Numbered from the stretch's first letter, positions 1 through 10,481 are shown. The stretch is 54,093 bases of DNA from an uncultured Alphaproteobacteria bacterium (GCA_947085465.1 CAMTWQ010000046.1:1-54093), one strand, 5' to 3'. Notes: generated by a model from the sequence alone, not told the origin. Numbers and translations: made by a program.

Positions 1-132
1 ATTGATCCCCTCCCTAACCCTCCCCTTTGCAAGGGGAGGGAACACGAGGGTGCCCCTCCCCCTCCCCCTAAAAGGGGGAGGGTTGGGGAGGGGGTCGGTG
101 GCGTGATTCAACCTAAAATCATCTTACTCTAG
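1..132. repeat. Palindromic intergenic element 'A' (CCCCTCCC/GGGAGGGG hairpins in an ...AACCTAAAATCAT..CTCTAG shell), truncated by the window start
   Basis: Near-identical to 50058-50189 and to the reverse complement of 36976-37103; ends at CTAG 129-132. Confidence 0.9.
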
Positions 133-243
133 AGCCTTTCCCGGTCAGGTTGAACCAGCCTGACCGGATAAGAAAGGCTCTAATTAAATGTGCTAGACCA
201 TTTCCTGATTGGAGTGATTCAATCCGATCAGGAAATGGTCTAG
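129..243. repeat. Two CTAG-bounded hairpin modules (B 129-183, C 193-243)
   Basis: B: AGAGCCTTTC..CCGGTCAGG/CCTGACCGG..GAAAGGCTCT. C: CTAGACCATTTCCTGAT/ATCAGGAAATGGTCTAG. The last CTAG includes the nudF stop codon. Confidence 0.85.
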
Positions 244-920
244 GGCAGAGTCACACCCGCTTCGCCTAAAATACGCCGCCGGTTTAGCTCCAACCATTGC
301 AGGGAGAAGGCCAGCGTAACGTTGCTGATCCGGCCCTCGGCAATGCCGCGCAGGGCGGCGTCCTGTGGCATGACGATAACGCGAATATTCTCGTCTTCAT
401 GCTCACTACCGTGTATGCCGCCAACACCCGCTGTATCGGTCAGGGCGCAGAAATAATGAATTTTTTCGGCAAAGCATCCCGGGCTTTGATAAAAAGCACC
501 CATTGGGAATATGCTTCCCAACACGCACCCGGCCTCTTCCTGGGCTTCACGCCGGGCGACCTCCAGCGGGTCCTCGCCTGGCTCAAACCGGCCCGCGATG
601 GTCTCAATAAGCCAGGCGGCCTGCGGCTTGGCCCCGCCCGTGTTAGCATAGGGGCCGATGCGGAATTGTTCGATCAGCACCACCCTATCGCGAATCGGAT
701 CATAGGGCAGCACCACAACCGCATCTCCGGAAACGAAAACCTCTCTCTGAATGGGAGGTGTCCAGCCCCCTTCATAGCGGCGATGCCGCAGCTTATAGCG
801 GTCAACGGCGAAATATCCTGCATAAACGCGCTCAGCCCCCAGCAACTCCACATCTTCCGGGCCAAACGGCAACTCCGGCCATAAATCTGAGGACATAAGC
901 CTGTATTTTCCTTTTTCCAA
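240..920 (-). CDS. nudF: ADP-ribose pyrophosphatase, NUDIX family
   Basis: Nudix box GRFEPGEDPLEVARREAQEEAG; YDP.RD.VVLIEQFR and SPG motifs typical of NudF; TTG start, exact start uncertain. Confidence 0.85.
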   Translation of the reverse strand: MEKGKYRLMSSDLWPELPFGPEDVELLGAERVYAGYFAVDRYKLRHRRYEGGWTPPIQREVFVSGDAVVVLPYDPIRDRVVLIEQFRIGPYANTGGAKPQAAWLIETIAGRFEPGEDPLEVARREAQEEAGCVLGSIFPMGAFYQSPGCFAEKIHYFCALTDTAGVGGIHGSEHEDENIRVIVMPQDAALRGIAEGRISNVTLAFSLQWLELNRRRILGEAGVTLP

Positions 921-1002
921 ATTCTGTCGGCACCGGAGTATGTAATATTGGTTTTTGTAAATGCAGCAGAATTAACGTTCAATTACCAAATGGGTCAGCA
1001 CC

Positions 1003-1791
1003 ATGCGCTTGTTTGCACCTGTCACACCGGCTGAGGGTTGTGCATGGATAACTGGCGCCAGTTCCGGCATAGGCAAGGCCGTTGCATTGGCGCTGGCGCG
1101 CGAAGGCTGGCGGGTTGCAGTGAGCGCGCGGGATCAGGGCGGGCTGCAAAAAGTGGCGCAAGAAGCGCGCGGATTGGTGGGTTCAATTCATCCCTACGCT
1201 CTGGATGTGACGGACGCGATTGAGGCGGCGGAAGTTGCTGGCGCCATCAACCGGGATATGGGACCCGTTGCAATGGCGGTTTTGAACGCCGGAATTTATG
1301 CACCTGTCGAACTAACACATAAGTTTGACCTGGCGGTGTTCGAGAAAACCATGCGAGTCAATTATCTGGGCGTCGTGAATTGCCTCGCGCCTCTAACGCC
1401 AATGCTGATGCGGCGGGGCATTGGCCACCTTGTGATTATTTCATCGGTCACGGGCTATGCCGGCTTGCCAAGGGCCGCAGCCTATGGTCCTACGAAGGCG
1501 GCTTTGATTAATCTGGCGGAATGTTTGAAATTTGATCTTGATCGCGCAGGGGTGCGGATCAGCGTGGTCTGCCCAGGTTTTGTCGATACGCCGGCCACGG
1601 CAAACAATCCATTTGCGATGCCATTCCTGATGCAACCGGAAAATGCCGCGCGGCGCATCCTGGAGGGCATTCAGGCCGACAGATTCGAGATCAGCTTTCC
1701 GCGCCGTTTCACTTTTTTCTTGAAGCTAATGAATTTTCTGCCCTACCGGCTGTATTTTTGGCTGATGAAGCGGATTACCGGCTGGAACTAA
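1003..1791 (+). CDS. Short-chain dehydrogenase/reductase (SDR)
   Basis: TGASSGIG, NAG and YGPTK (YxxxK) motifs. Confidence 0.9.
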   Translation: MRLFAPVTPAEGCAWITGASSGIGKAVALALAREGWRVAVSARDQGGLQKVAQEARGLVGSIHPYALDVTDAIEAAEVAGAINRDMGPVAMAVLNAGIYAPVELTHKFDLAVFEKTMRVNYLGVVNCLAPLTPMLMRRGIGHLVIISSVTGYAGLPRAAAYGPTKAALINLAECLKFDLDRAGVRISVVCPGFVDTPATANNPFAMPFLMQPENAARRILEGIQADRFEISFPRRFTFFLKLMNFLPYRLYFWLMKRITGWN

Positions 1792-3168
1792 TTATACCAT
1801 ATGACCGGTGAGACTGCGGCGCTCGATCTCCTCGCGGGTGCGGGCTTGGCTTTCCGCATCAATGGGAAAATTCCATACCAAGACCGTCGCGATTATTTTG
1901 AGCACTACCGGCGCCGCACTGTAAAGCAGTGCTAATCCCATCAGTGACATCTCACCATTATGCACCGCCTGCGCGTCAAATCCGGTGAAATCTAGCAGCG
2001 GAAATGCAATCCCAACAGCGCAGGCAAGCGACAGTTTTGTAGCGACGCCCCATAAGGAGAAAAACAGGCCAGCGCGCTGCTTGCCGCTTTTAAGCGTATC
2101 TGCGTCGACCACGTCGGCCTGCATGGATGCAGGCAGCACCATATCAGCGCCAAGGCCAAAACCGCTCAGAACAGTGATCATAAAAAAGGCCCACACATCG
2201 CCTTGCCCAAGCAACGGCGCCCAGGCGAATATCAAGCAAGCCCACAGCATCGAGGCGCCCCATACCCGATGTTTGCTGAACCTTTTTGAAAGTGCAAGCC
2301 ATAGCGGCACGGATATAATCCCCGCCGTGAAATAGGCGAACAGTAACATGCCTTGATATTCTTCTGCGCCCAGAATGTGCGTAACGAACAGCAAGAACAA
2401 TGTTGCGGGCAGCGAGTTCGCCACTCCGTTCAGGAAAAACGCCGCCAGCAGGAGATGAAACGGATGATTGCGCCACACCATGCGCATGCCTTCGCGCCAT
2501 TTCGTTTCGGAAAACCGGATAACCGAAGTTTCAGGAACTTTACGCAATGCAAAATAAATACTAAGCGGCAGCATGACTCCGGCAAAAATGACAATGCCAA
2601 TCAGCGGCGCCCGTGCGCCATACCCGCCTATTTTGGTAAGCAAAACCGGAATCAAGGTGGCGATCAGCGTGCCAATAACCGTCAATCCCTCTCGCCACGC
2701 CACAATATGCGAGCGTTCATGATAATCGCCAGAGAGCTCGGCGCCCCATGCGCTATGCGGCAGCGTAAGCGCGGATGAGGCAATATAGATCACAACGCTC
2801 CAGGCAAACAGATACCAGCTTCCCGAGCCAGGCGGCGGAATACACAACATCAAGGCCGCCGCCAGAATAAATGGCGCGCTGATGGCGATCCATGGTTTGC
2901 GGCGGCCCCAGCGGGAATCCAGATTGTCGGACAGTATGCCTATCACCGGCCATGACAACGCGTCGATTATTCGCGCCAATGTCAATACGGCGCCAATCGC
3001 TGCCAGGCTGATGCCCAATTCTTGCGCATAGAACGGTGGGACATAAATATAAATTGGCACTGAGAATGCAGCAATCGGCAACGCCGGAAAACCGTACGCA
3101 ATATATTTTCCGATAGTCAGATTCCGGCGTTGCGGCTCACCACCGCCAGGAGAATCAGAATTGGGCAC
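1792..3168 (-). CDS. MFS transporter (GPH/MelB-like)
   Basis: About 12 hydrophobic segments; SD..DSRWGRRKPW and ADVVD motifs. Confidence 0.85.
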   Translation of the reverse strand: MPNSDSPGGGEPQRRNLTIGKYIAYGFPALPIAAFSVPIYIYVPPFYAQELGISLAAIGAVLTLARIIDALSWPVIGILSDNLDSRWGRRKPWIAISAPFILAAALMLCIPPPGSGSWYLFAWSVVIYIASSALTLPHSAWGAELSGDYHERSHIVAWREGLTVIGTLIATLIPVLLTKIGGYGARAPLIGIVIFAGVMLPLSIYFALRKVPETSVIRFSETKWREGMRMVWRNHPFHLLLAAFFLNGVANSLPATLFLLFVTHILGAEEYQGMLLFAYFTAGIISVPLWLALSKRFSKHRVWGASMLWACLIFAWAPLLGQGDVWAFFMITVLSGFGLGADMVLPASMQADVVDADTLKSGKQRAGLFFSLWGVATKLSLACAVGIAFPLLDFTGFDAQAVHNGEMSLMGLALLYSAAPVVLKIIATVLVWNFPIDAESQARTREEIERRSLTGHMV

Positions 3169-3183
3169 TCATTGCTTCCTACA

Positions 3184-4434
3184 TCAAACGCGCGCCAGCG
3201 TGATTTGCATCACGTCGGTGTTTCCCGATCGGAATCCGCCTTCGCAATAGGCTAGGTAATAGCACCACATGCGCTTGAAGCGCTCATCAAATCCAAGCCG
3301 TGCAATATGTGGCCAATTAGCTGCAAACCGGTCGTGCCAACGGCTTAATGTGTCCGCATAATCGGCGCCAAAAGAAACAGATGAACGCCAGATCAAATTG
3401 GCGGCCGTGATCTGCTCACGCAAGGCTGATGGGCTGGGCAACATTCCACCAGGGAAAATATAACGCTGAATAAAATCGTTGCCACGCCGGTAAGCATTAA
3501 AGTGCCTGTCGGCGATGGCGATGATTTGCAGCCCGGCGGAGCCGCCGGGCTTGAGAGCGTCATGAATTTTGCGGAAATATAGCGGCCAATATTTTTCTCC
3601 CACCGCCTCAAACATCTCTATCGAAGCAATCCTGTCATAACTACCTGAAACATCCCGGTAATCCTGAAGGATGATAGCAACTTTATCATTTAATCCGGTT
3701 TCTGATATTCGCCGTTTTGCGTATTCGAATTGTGCCGGGCTGATCGTTATTCCAGTGACCCTGCAGCCGATCTCGGTTGCTGCGAATTCGGCAAAGCCTC
3801 CCCAGCCGCATCCGACTTCGAGCAATGCGTGCTCCCTGGACAGTCCCATGCCATGCGCAAGCGACATGAATTTATTGCGCTGCGCCTGTTCCAGAGTCTC
3901 ACTTTTGCTGGTAAACATGGCGGATGAGTAGGTCATTGTGGAGTCCAGCCATTGTTCATAAAACGCATTGCCAAGATCATAATGATATTCGATGTTGCGC
4001 CGGGATCCGACCCGTGAATTTCGATGGAATATAGTATGCCGGAATAGCTCGAACATGCGCAGCCAGAAGTTGCCGCGAAGCCGGGCGCCAATATAGTCAT
4101 TATTTTGCGCGATGACGGTGAGAAGCGTACGCAGGTCTGGTGTATTCCAGAGTCCGTTAAGATACGCATCGGCGAAACCTATTCCCCCGCCGCTTAGTAG
4201 CTTGCGGGAAAAACCCATATCTAGCACATCAATCACTCCGCATTTTCCCGGCTGTGCGCCATCGAAGCGGAAACGGCGGCCATCCGGTAACGCAATGACC
4301 AAATTTCCCCGGCCAATAGAAGTTAGTATTGCAAGCGCGGATCGCGTCCAGCCATCCAAGCCGGGAAGAACCGCGGCCTCCCAAGCGCTTAGCCTTTGTG
4401 CCCCAGCAAGATAATCCCCGTCGGTGTACATCAA
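3184..4434 (-). CDS. cfa: Cyclopropane-fatty-acyl-phospholipid synthase family SAM methyltransferase (UfaM/CfaS-like)
   Basis: NIEYHYDLGNAFY, LEVGCGWG, SIEMFEAVG and FIQRYIFPGG motifs. Confidence 0.9.
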   Translation of the reverse strand: MMYTDGDYLAGAQRLSAWEAAVLPGLDGWTRSALAILTSIGRGNLVIALPDGRRFRFDGAQPGKCGVIDVLDMGFSRKLLSGGGIGFADAYLNGLWNTPDLRTLLTVIAQNNDYIGARLRGNFWLRMFELFRHTIFHRNSRVGSRRNIEYHYDLGNAFYEQWLDSTMTYSSAMFTSKSETLEQAQRNKFMSLAHGMGLSREHALLEVGCGWGGFAEFAATEIGCRVTGITISPAQFEYAKRRISETGLNDKVAIILQDYRDVSGSYDRIASIEMFEAVGEKYWPLYFRKIHDALKPGGSAGLQIIAIADRHFNAYRRGNDFIQRYIFPGGMLPSPSALREQITAANLIWRSSVSFGADYADTLSRWHDRFAANWPHIARLGFDERFKRMWCYYLAYCEGGFRSGNTDVMQITLARV

Positions 4435-4498
4435 ATCATGCCCCGGTCAATGATCAGCCAAGTATATAACACAGTTTGCGCAGTATGCGCTTGCAGCT

Positions 4499-5284
4499 TC
4501 AACCCGTAGATGATGAAGGGCGTGGGACAGGTTTAGCCCCTTTGCGCCATAAGCGGAGCGCCTCGAAATGAATTGCGGCGATAATCTTCAGGCTCATGAG
4601 CGGATAGAGAAAAAAAGCCTTGATCAAAGTGCTGTCCGTAAACTGCCGCTGCGTTCCGGTTAGCACCGCGATGAGTAATTCGCCTTCGGGCGCATTTTCA
4701 CGAATCATTACGGATAATTTTTCGCCCGGGACGCGAAGGCGAAACCGGTACACCATATCCATGCCAATAAACGGGGAGACATGAATTTTTTTTTGCAGCT
4801 TATGCGTGAATAGACTGGCTGATTGATCCGTAGCAGTAGCGGCTGATGTGGTCGGGCCTGCATCAATATTCACCGTATAGGCGTGCTTCCCGCCAAACGT
4901 ATTGCGCACCTCATAAATGAGCGCGAACAGCTCTTCGCGCGCATTAAAACAAAAAAACACCGTCAGCGGGTTAAACACATAACCAAACAGGCGTGGAAAG
5001 CACAACATGAAGACCCGGTGTTCAGGAGGTTGTGAAATTCCAGCTATTTGCAATTGCGCATCCACCCATGGGCGGAGCCTTGTCCCGTCGGCGGCGCCAT
5101 GATCGGCGTCCATTACACTAAACAGATTAAATCGATTATGCGAAAAAAGGCGGCATTTTCCCGCCACCTCGTCAATCTGATCAATATCCAAAAAAACGCT
5201 AAACACACGGTAAACGAACCGGTGCCGGAATGGAAGCAGGCGGCAATGCATGACATTACCAAAATAGATCGCAGCATCATTCAT
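4499..5284 (-). CDS. DUF1365 family protein (UfaO-like)
   Basis: H.R..PF.H.F.Y, PR.FGYVFNP, YEVRNTFG and KKIHVSPF motifs; 4-bp overlap with the upstream gene. Confidence 0.85.
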   Translation of the reverse strand: MNDAAIYFGNVMHCRLLPFRHRFVYRVFSVFLDIDQIDEVAGKCRLFSHNRFNLFSVMDADHGAADGTRLRPWVDAQLQIAGISQPPEHRVFMLCFPRLFGYVFNPLTVFFCFNAREELFALIYEVRNTFGGKHAYTVNIDAGPTTSAATATDQSASLFTHKLQKKIHVSPFIGMDMVYRFRLRVPGEKLSVMIRENAPEGELLIAVLTGTQRQFTDSTLIKAFFLYPLMSLKIIAAIHFEALRLWRKGAKPVPRPSSSTG

Positions 5285-6573
5285 TCGGCTGCCTCCTTAA
5301 AGGCGCGCGATTGGGTGTTGGACCAGGTGCGGACAGTTCCGCCAAGCTGTTCAGCGATGGCCAGTCCTGAACAAAGGCCGTCCTCATGAAAACCATGCGC
5401 GGTCCATGCGCCGCAAAACCATGTGTTGCGTGCGCCTTGAATGCTTTGTAACTGCTGCTGGGCGCGCAAGCTATTCATATCGTACTGCACATGATCAAAT
5501 TCCAGCGCCATAAAAGTAAGCTCAGGATGTGGCGGACGCAACGGATTAAGCGTAATAAACAATGGCTTTGTGGAGTCGATATTTTGCAACCGGTTCATCC
5601 AATAGCTGACCGAAACTGCCTGTTCCCTATCGCCAGCAGACATATAGTTCCAGCTCGCCCATGCGTTTTGCAAACGCGGCATGAGTGAGGAGTCACGGTG
5701 CACATAAGCCAAATTGGCTGCATAGCGCACCTTGCCAAGAATATCCCGTTCCCGAAAATCCGCGTCGCCTAGCATCCGTAGCGCCTGGTCAGCATGGGTT
5801 GCGATGATTACATGGTCATATATGGCGTCGCCGCCATTGGCGTCGCGCACACGCACCGTATTCAGTTGGCGTGTAACCGACGTGACAGGGGTGGCCATGC
5901 GCACACGATGAGAGAATGGGGCGGTCAGCTTATTCACATATTCGCGGCTGCCGCCAGTGACAGTGCGCCAGCGCGGGCGCTGGCGCGACATAAGAAAGTG
6001 ATTGTTGCAAAAAGTCACAAAACTCTCCGCTGGGAAATCAAGCATTTTTCCGTTTGGCATCGACCAAACCGCCCCGCCCATCGGGAATAAATAGTTGGCG
6101 CGGAAGCCTTTTGAATAGTTGCCACGGTCAAGATATTCTTGCAGCGTCAGTCCATGCAATTTGCCGCCAGCAAGGTCGCACGGAGCCGTTTTGTTGAATC
6201 GCTGAATTTCAAACATAGTTGAGATGAACTGGCGGCTGAACAGATTTCGCCGTTGCGCGAAAACATTGTTCAGGTTGCCGCTAGCCCATACCACCGCGCC
6301 GTTACCGGTGCTGACAGCAAAACTCATGTCGCTGGCTTCGGTCGCCACCCCGAGACGGGCGAACAGGGCTGTGAGATTGGGATAGTTTTGTTCGTTAAAA
6401 ACAATAAATCCCGCGTCCACCGGGATTTGATATCCTTCATAGTCAACATTCACTGTGTGGCTGTGCCCCCCAGTGCGAGATTCAGCTTCATAAACTGTTA
6501 TGTCGTGTGACGTATGCAGCAGCCAAGCGGCGCCTAGCCCGGATATTCCCGAACCAATAATAGCAATTCTCAT
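5281..6573 (-). CDS. FAD-dependent oxidoreductase, amine-oxidase-like (UfaD-like fatty acid desaturase)
   Basis: GSGISG FAD motif; GGHSHT, VDAGFIVFNEQNYP and GFHEDGL; adjacent to DUF1365 and cfa. Confidence 0.85.
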   Translation of the reverse strand: MRIAIIGSGISGLGAAWLLHTSHDITVYEAESRTGGHSHTVNVDYEGYQIPVDAGFIVFNEQNYPNLTALFARLGVATEASDMSFAVSTGNGAVVWASGNLNNVFAQRRNLFSRQFISTMFEIQRFNKTAPCDLAGGKLHGLTLQEYLDRGNYSKGFRANYLFPMGGAVWSMPNGKMLDFPAESFVTFCNNHFLMSRQRPRWRTVTGGSREYVNKLTAPFSHRVRMATPVTSVTRQLNTVRVRDANGGDAIYDHVIIATHADQALRMLGDADFRERDILGKVRYAANLAYVHRDSSLMPRLQNAWASWNYMSAGDREQAVSVSYWMNRLQNIDSTKPLFITLNPLRPPHPELTFMALEFDHVQYDMNSLRAQQQLQSIQGARNTWFCGAWTAHGFHEDGLCSGLAIAEQLGGTVRTWSNTQSRAFKEAAE

Positions 6574-6636
6574 ATTACCCCTGTGAACAAATTAAAATTC
6601 TGGCAGGCAATCCCGCAGGCGGTTGAATGCACCAGA

Positions 6637-6845
6637 CTAGAGCAGCCCGCGATTAAGTGGAGTAACGAAGTGCCCCCACTTAATCGCGGAAAGCTGCTCT
6701 AACACATTAAAATCTAGAGCAATTTTCTTTATTAGGTTCGAGCCTCATGGCTCGAACTTAATGCGGATTGCTCTAGAGCAACATGCGACCAGATTGAACC
6801 ATGAGGTTCAATCTGATCAAATAAAGTTGCTCTAGATTTCAAACT
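6637..6845. repeat. Tandem chain of three TAGAGC...GCTCTA hairpin modules (D 6637-6702, E 6714-6776, F 6773-6835)
   Basis: CTAG at 6637, 6714, 6773 and 6832; D+E recur inverted at 43746-43885. Confidence 0.9.
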
Positions 6846-8260
6846 TCTATAGCAGCCTGATCCTTTATTCGGGCAATGCTTTCTTCCTTCCCCAGGGCGA
6901 AAAGCACGTCAAAAATTCCCGGTGAGATTGTCGAACCGGTCAATGCCGCCCGCAACGGCTGCGCCACTTGGCCAAGCTTAACCCCGTGCGCCTCGGCTGC
7001 CGCGCGAACCACGGCTTCAAGCTTATCAACGCTCCAGGCCGCAGTTTCTGAAAATAACTCTAGGAGTGAGCGCAACATCTCCCGCGCCTGCGGGTTCAAT
7101 AGTTTGGCGGCTTTTTCATCCATTGTCAGCGGCCTTTTGGCGAATAAAAAGCGTGCATTCCCTGCCAGTTCAACCAGATTGGTGGCGCGTGGCGCCAGCC
7201 CCGGCAGCGCAATTTCAAGCCGCTCCCGGCCTGGCCCATCCACCACATGGCCATCAAGCCTGGCAATCACGTCAATCACGTCTTGCATCAGGGCTGCGGC
7301 AGGCGTGTCGCGCAGATAAATCCCGTTCAGGTTTTCCAGTTTGGCGAAATCAAACCGGGACGGGGATTTGCCAACCCCCGCCAGATCGAACCATGTGATC
7401 GCCTGCTCCGTCGAGATGACTTCATCATCGCCATGCGCCCAGCCAAGCCGCAGCAGATAGTTGCGCAACGCCGCGGGCAGATAGCCCATGTCGCGATAGG
7501 CCTCCACGCCCAGCGCGCCATGCCGTTTTGACAGCTTTGCCCCGTCCGGGCCAAGGATCATTGGCAGGTGGGCGAAAACCGGCGTTCGCCAGTCCATGGC
7601 CTGATAGATTTGTAATTGCCGCGCCGTATTGGTCAGATGATCATCGCCACGGATCACATGGGTGATCGCCATATCAAAATCATCAACCACCACCGAGAGC
7701 ATATAGGTCGGCGTGCCATCGCTGCGCAACAGCACAAAATCATCCAGTTGCGCGTTGTTAAAGGTTATCTCCCCTAACACCTGATCAGCGACCATCGTGC
7801 TTCCGGTCTGGGGCGATTTGAGGCGCACCACTGGCGGCGCGCCGTGCGGGGCCTCAGCGGGATCGCGGTCCCGCCAAAGGCCGTTATAGACTGGCGGCTG
7901 CCCCTGGGCGCGCGCGGTCTCCCGCATGGCCTCTAGCTCTTCTGGGGTGCAATAGCAATAATAGGCTTGGCCTTTGGCCAGCAGGCGCATCGCTATTTCC
8001 GCATGCCGCTCGCGGCGGGCGAACTGAAACACGGGCGGCGCATCGGGATTAAGGCCAAGCCACGCCATGCCCTCAAGGATGGCGTCAATCGCCGCCTGGG
8101 TAGAGCGCTCGCGGTCGGTGTCCTCGATGCGCAGCAGGAAAGAGCCGCCATGATGGCGCGCAAACAGCCAATTAAACAGCGCCGTGCGCGCCCCGCCAAT
8201 ATGCAGGAAACCAGTCGGCGAGGGGGCGAAGCGGGTAATGACCGGATGGGGGTTGGACAT
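6839..8260 (-). CDS. gltX: Glutamate--tRNA ligase
   Basis: [14 protein letters not shown] (HIGH) and KLSKR (KMSKS) motifs. Confidence 0.97.
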   Translation of the reverse strand: MSNPHPVITRFAPSPTGFLHIGGARTALFNWLFARHHGGSFLLRIEDTDRERSTQAAIDAILEGMAWLGLNPDAPPVFQFARRERHAEIAMRLLAKGQAYYCYCTPEELEAMRETARAQGQPPVYNGLWRDRDPAEAPHGAPPVVRLKSPQTGSTMVADQVLGEITFNNAQLDDFVLLRSDGTPTYMLSVVVDDFDMAITHVIRGDDHLTNTARQLQIYQAMDWRTPVFAHLPMILGPDGAKLSKRHGALGVEAYRDMGYLPAALRNYLLRLGWAHGDDEVISTEQAITWFDLAGVGKSPSRFDFAKLENLNGIYLRDTPAAALMQDVIDVIARLDGHVVDGPGRERLEIALPGLAPRATNLVELAGNARFLFAKRPLTMDEKAAKLLNPQAREMLRSLLELFSETAAWSVDKLEAVVRAAAEAHGVKLGQVAQPLRAALTGSTISPGIFDVLFALGKEESIARIKDQAAIEV

Positions 8261-8348
8261 GGGTTTACCTTACTAAGCCGGATTCGATTGCATCTGGCAG
8301 GCTTGTTTAGCACACTGAGGCCAACTGGTTAAGTAGGGGGATAGGGAA

Positions 8349-10478
8349 ATGGCGCTGGCGGCGCTGCAATCACGATTTGTCCCCGCCTTTTTGGGCGCGC
8401 GCCAGCTTGCCTTGGATGTGGCCGAGGATTTTCTCTCCGAGCGGCCGCGCTGGATAGTGTGGGCGCCGGTGCTGATCGGCATCGGTGTTGGCGGCTATTT
8501 CTTTCTGGATACCGAACCTCCCCCCTGGAGTGGCGGACTGGCCTGCGGCGTTCTGCTGATCCTGTATCTGGTTTGCCGCCACGCACAGCAGGCGATGCAG
8601 CACTTCGTTTTGGCGCTGCTCCTTATGGCGGCTGGCTTTGCGGCGGCGCAGTTTCGTGTGCTTACCCATACGGCGCCAATACTCGCCAAGCGTATTGGGC
8701 CAGTGGCCATCGAGGGGCAATTGGTGTCGCTGGAGCGACTTGACACTGGCGCGCGGTTACTGATTGCGCCGCACAGCATTGATCGCGTCGAAGCTTTGAA
8801 TATCCCCGAACGAGTTCGTGTTAAGCTGCTGGGCAAGACCGCTGGCGATGGCTTGCAGCCAGGCGATACGATCCGTTTGCGTGGCGTGCTGATGCCGCCG
8901 CCCGGTCCTGTCATGCCGGGCGGTTTTGATTACGCCAGAATGTTATGGTTCGAGCGCATCGGCGCGGTGGGTTTTGCATACGGGCCTCCACAACGCTTAG
9001 TGCGGGAAAGCGCGCCGGATATTTTCAGGCGCGGGGAAATCTGGCTTGCCGCCCTGCGCGACCGGCTGACCCAGCGTATCATTGCGGCCATTCCAGGCGA
9101 AGCGGGGCCTGTTTCGGCCGCCTTGATGACGGGTGAGCGCGGCGCAATCTCCGCCCCGGTCAATCTCGCCATGCGGGATTCCGGGTTGGTGCATTTGCTG
9201 TCCATCTCCGGCTTGCATCTGGGATTTCTGGCGGGGATAGTTTTTTTCGGCATTCGCGGCGCGCTGGCGCTTAGCGAGTCCGTGGCGCTGCGGTATCCGA
9301 TAAAAAAATGGGCGGCGCTGGCGGCGCTATTAGGCACTTTTCTGTACCTGTTCATTTCCGGCGCATCGATCCCGACGGTGCGCTCGTTTGTCATGACCGG
9401 GCTGGTGTTGATGGCGGTCGTGTTTGACCGGTTGGGCATTTCGATGCGCCTGATCGCCATCGCCGCCGCCTTCATTCTGCTGAGCGCGCCGGAAAGCCTG
9501 CACAATGCGAGCTTTCAACTCTCATTTGCCGCAGTGATCGCTTTGGTGGCGATGTATGAGTGGGTGTCCTCGCGCCAAACGCAACGCGCAGACGAATCAG
9601 GCGTGATCGTCAGGGGCGCGCGCTATGTCGGGGGGCTGGCGCTTACCAGTCTGATTGCCGGATTAGCTACTGCGCCGCTGATCGCTTTTCATTTCCATCG
9701 GATTGGAATGTTCAGCCTGCTTGCAAATATGCTGGCGGTGCCGCTCACCGGGCTGTGGATCATGCCATGGGCGGTGGCGGCGTTCGCCCTTATGCCATTT
9801 GGTTTGGAGCGCTTGGCGCTGTATCCGATGGGCATTGGCGTTGAGTGGATGATCAGCATTGCCAAACAGGTTGCGGCGTTACCGGGGGCAACCGCAATGG
9901 TGGCGCAACCACCGTTGATTTCCTTGCTGCTTGCGGTTGGCGGCGGACTATGGCTTTGCTTGTGGTCAAGACCATGGCGGTGGTTTGGCCTGGTCTTGCT
10001 GGCGGGTGGCTTGTTGCTGGCGCCGTTTGGCCCGCGTCCCGATATATTGGTGGATGGCGAGGGCAAGCTGATCGCGGTGCGCGGGCCGGATGGCGGCATG
10101 CTGCTTAATTCAGTGCGCACCGCCAAACATGCGCGCAGCGAATGGTCGAAAGCCGAGGGCGTGGCGCTGTCCTTGCCCGCTGCCGCCACTTCCTCCCATG
10201 CGGCTTGCGACGCGCAAGCTTGCATGTTCACCGGGCGTGATGGCTGGATCGTCGCCTATGTGCGCGATGGCATGGCGCTGGCGGAAAGTTGCCGTTCAGC
10301 GGATATAGTGATTGCGAATATTCTGGTTCGCGGTTGTCCCTCGGCGAAACTGCTGATTGACCGGTTTGATCTGCTGCGCGGCGGTGCGCACGCCGTGTGG
10401 TTCGAGCATCCCCGCCCCCGTGTCGAAACTGTCGCCGGGCAACGCGGACATAGGCCTTGGACTGCGGCGGTTGAGTAG
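8349..10478 (+). CDS. comEC: ComEC/Rec2 competence protein
   Basis: HLLSISGLH and SFQLSF motifs, many TM segments, conserved position between gltX and lexA. Confidence 0.92.
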   Translation: MALAALQSRFVPAFLGARQLALDVAEDFLSERPRWIVWAPVLIGIGVGGYFFLDTEPPPWSGGLACGVLLILYLVCRHAQQAMQHFVLALLLMAAGFAAAQFRVLTHTAPILAKRIGPVAIEGQLVSLERLDTGARLLIAPHSIDRVEALNIPERVRVKLLGKTAGDGLQPGDTIRLRGVLMPPPGPVMPGGFDYARMLWFERIGAVGFAYGPPQRLVRESAPDIFRRGEIWLAALRDRLTQRIIAAIPGEAGPVSAALMTGERGAISAPVNLAMRDSGLVHLLSISGLHLGFLAGIVFFGIRGALALSESVALRYPIKKWAALAALLGTFLYLFISGASIPTVRSFVMTGLVLMAVVFDRLGISMRLIAIAAAFILLSAPESLHNASFQLSFAAVIALVAMYEWVSSRQTQRADESGVIVRGARYVGGLALTSLIAGLATAPLIAFHFHRIGMFSLLANMLAVPLTGLWIMPWAVAAFALMPFGLERLALYPMGIGVEWMISIAKQVAALPGATAMVAQPPLISLLLAVGGGLWLCLWSRPWRWFGLVLLAGGLLLAPFGPRPDILVDGEGKLIAVRGPDGGMLLNSVRTAKHARSEWSKAEGVALSLPAAATSSHAACDAQACMFTGRDGWIVAYVRDGMALAESCRSADIVIANILVRGCPSAKLLIDRFDLLRGGAHAVWFEHPRPRVETVAGQRGHRPWTAAVE

Positions 10479-10481
10479 AGT

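Noticed and set aside
6574-6640. RpoE(ChrR)-type TGATCC promoter for the ufa-like cluster
   Set aside because: No TGATCC in the correct orientation upstream of the ufaD-like, cfa or SDR genes
6637-6835. CTAGAGCA-spaced units as a CRISPR array
   Set aside because: The shared part is only about 8-10 bp, the 'spacers' are themselves palindromes that recur elsewhere, and no cas genes are present
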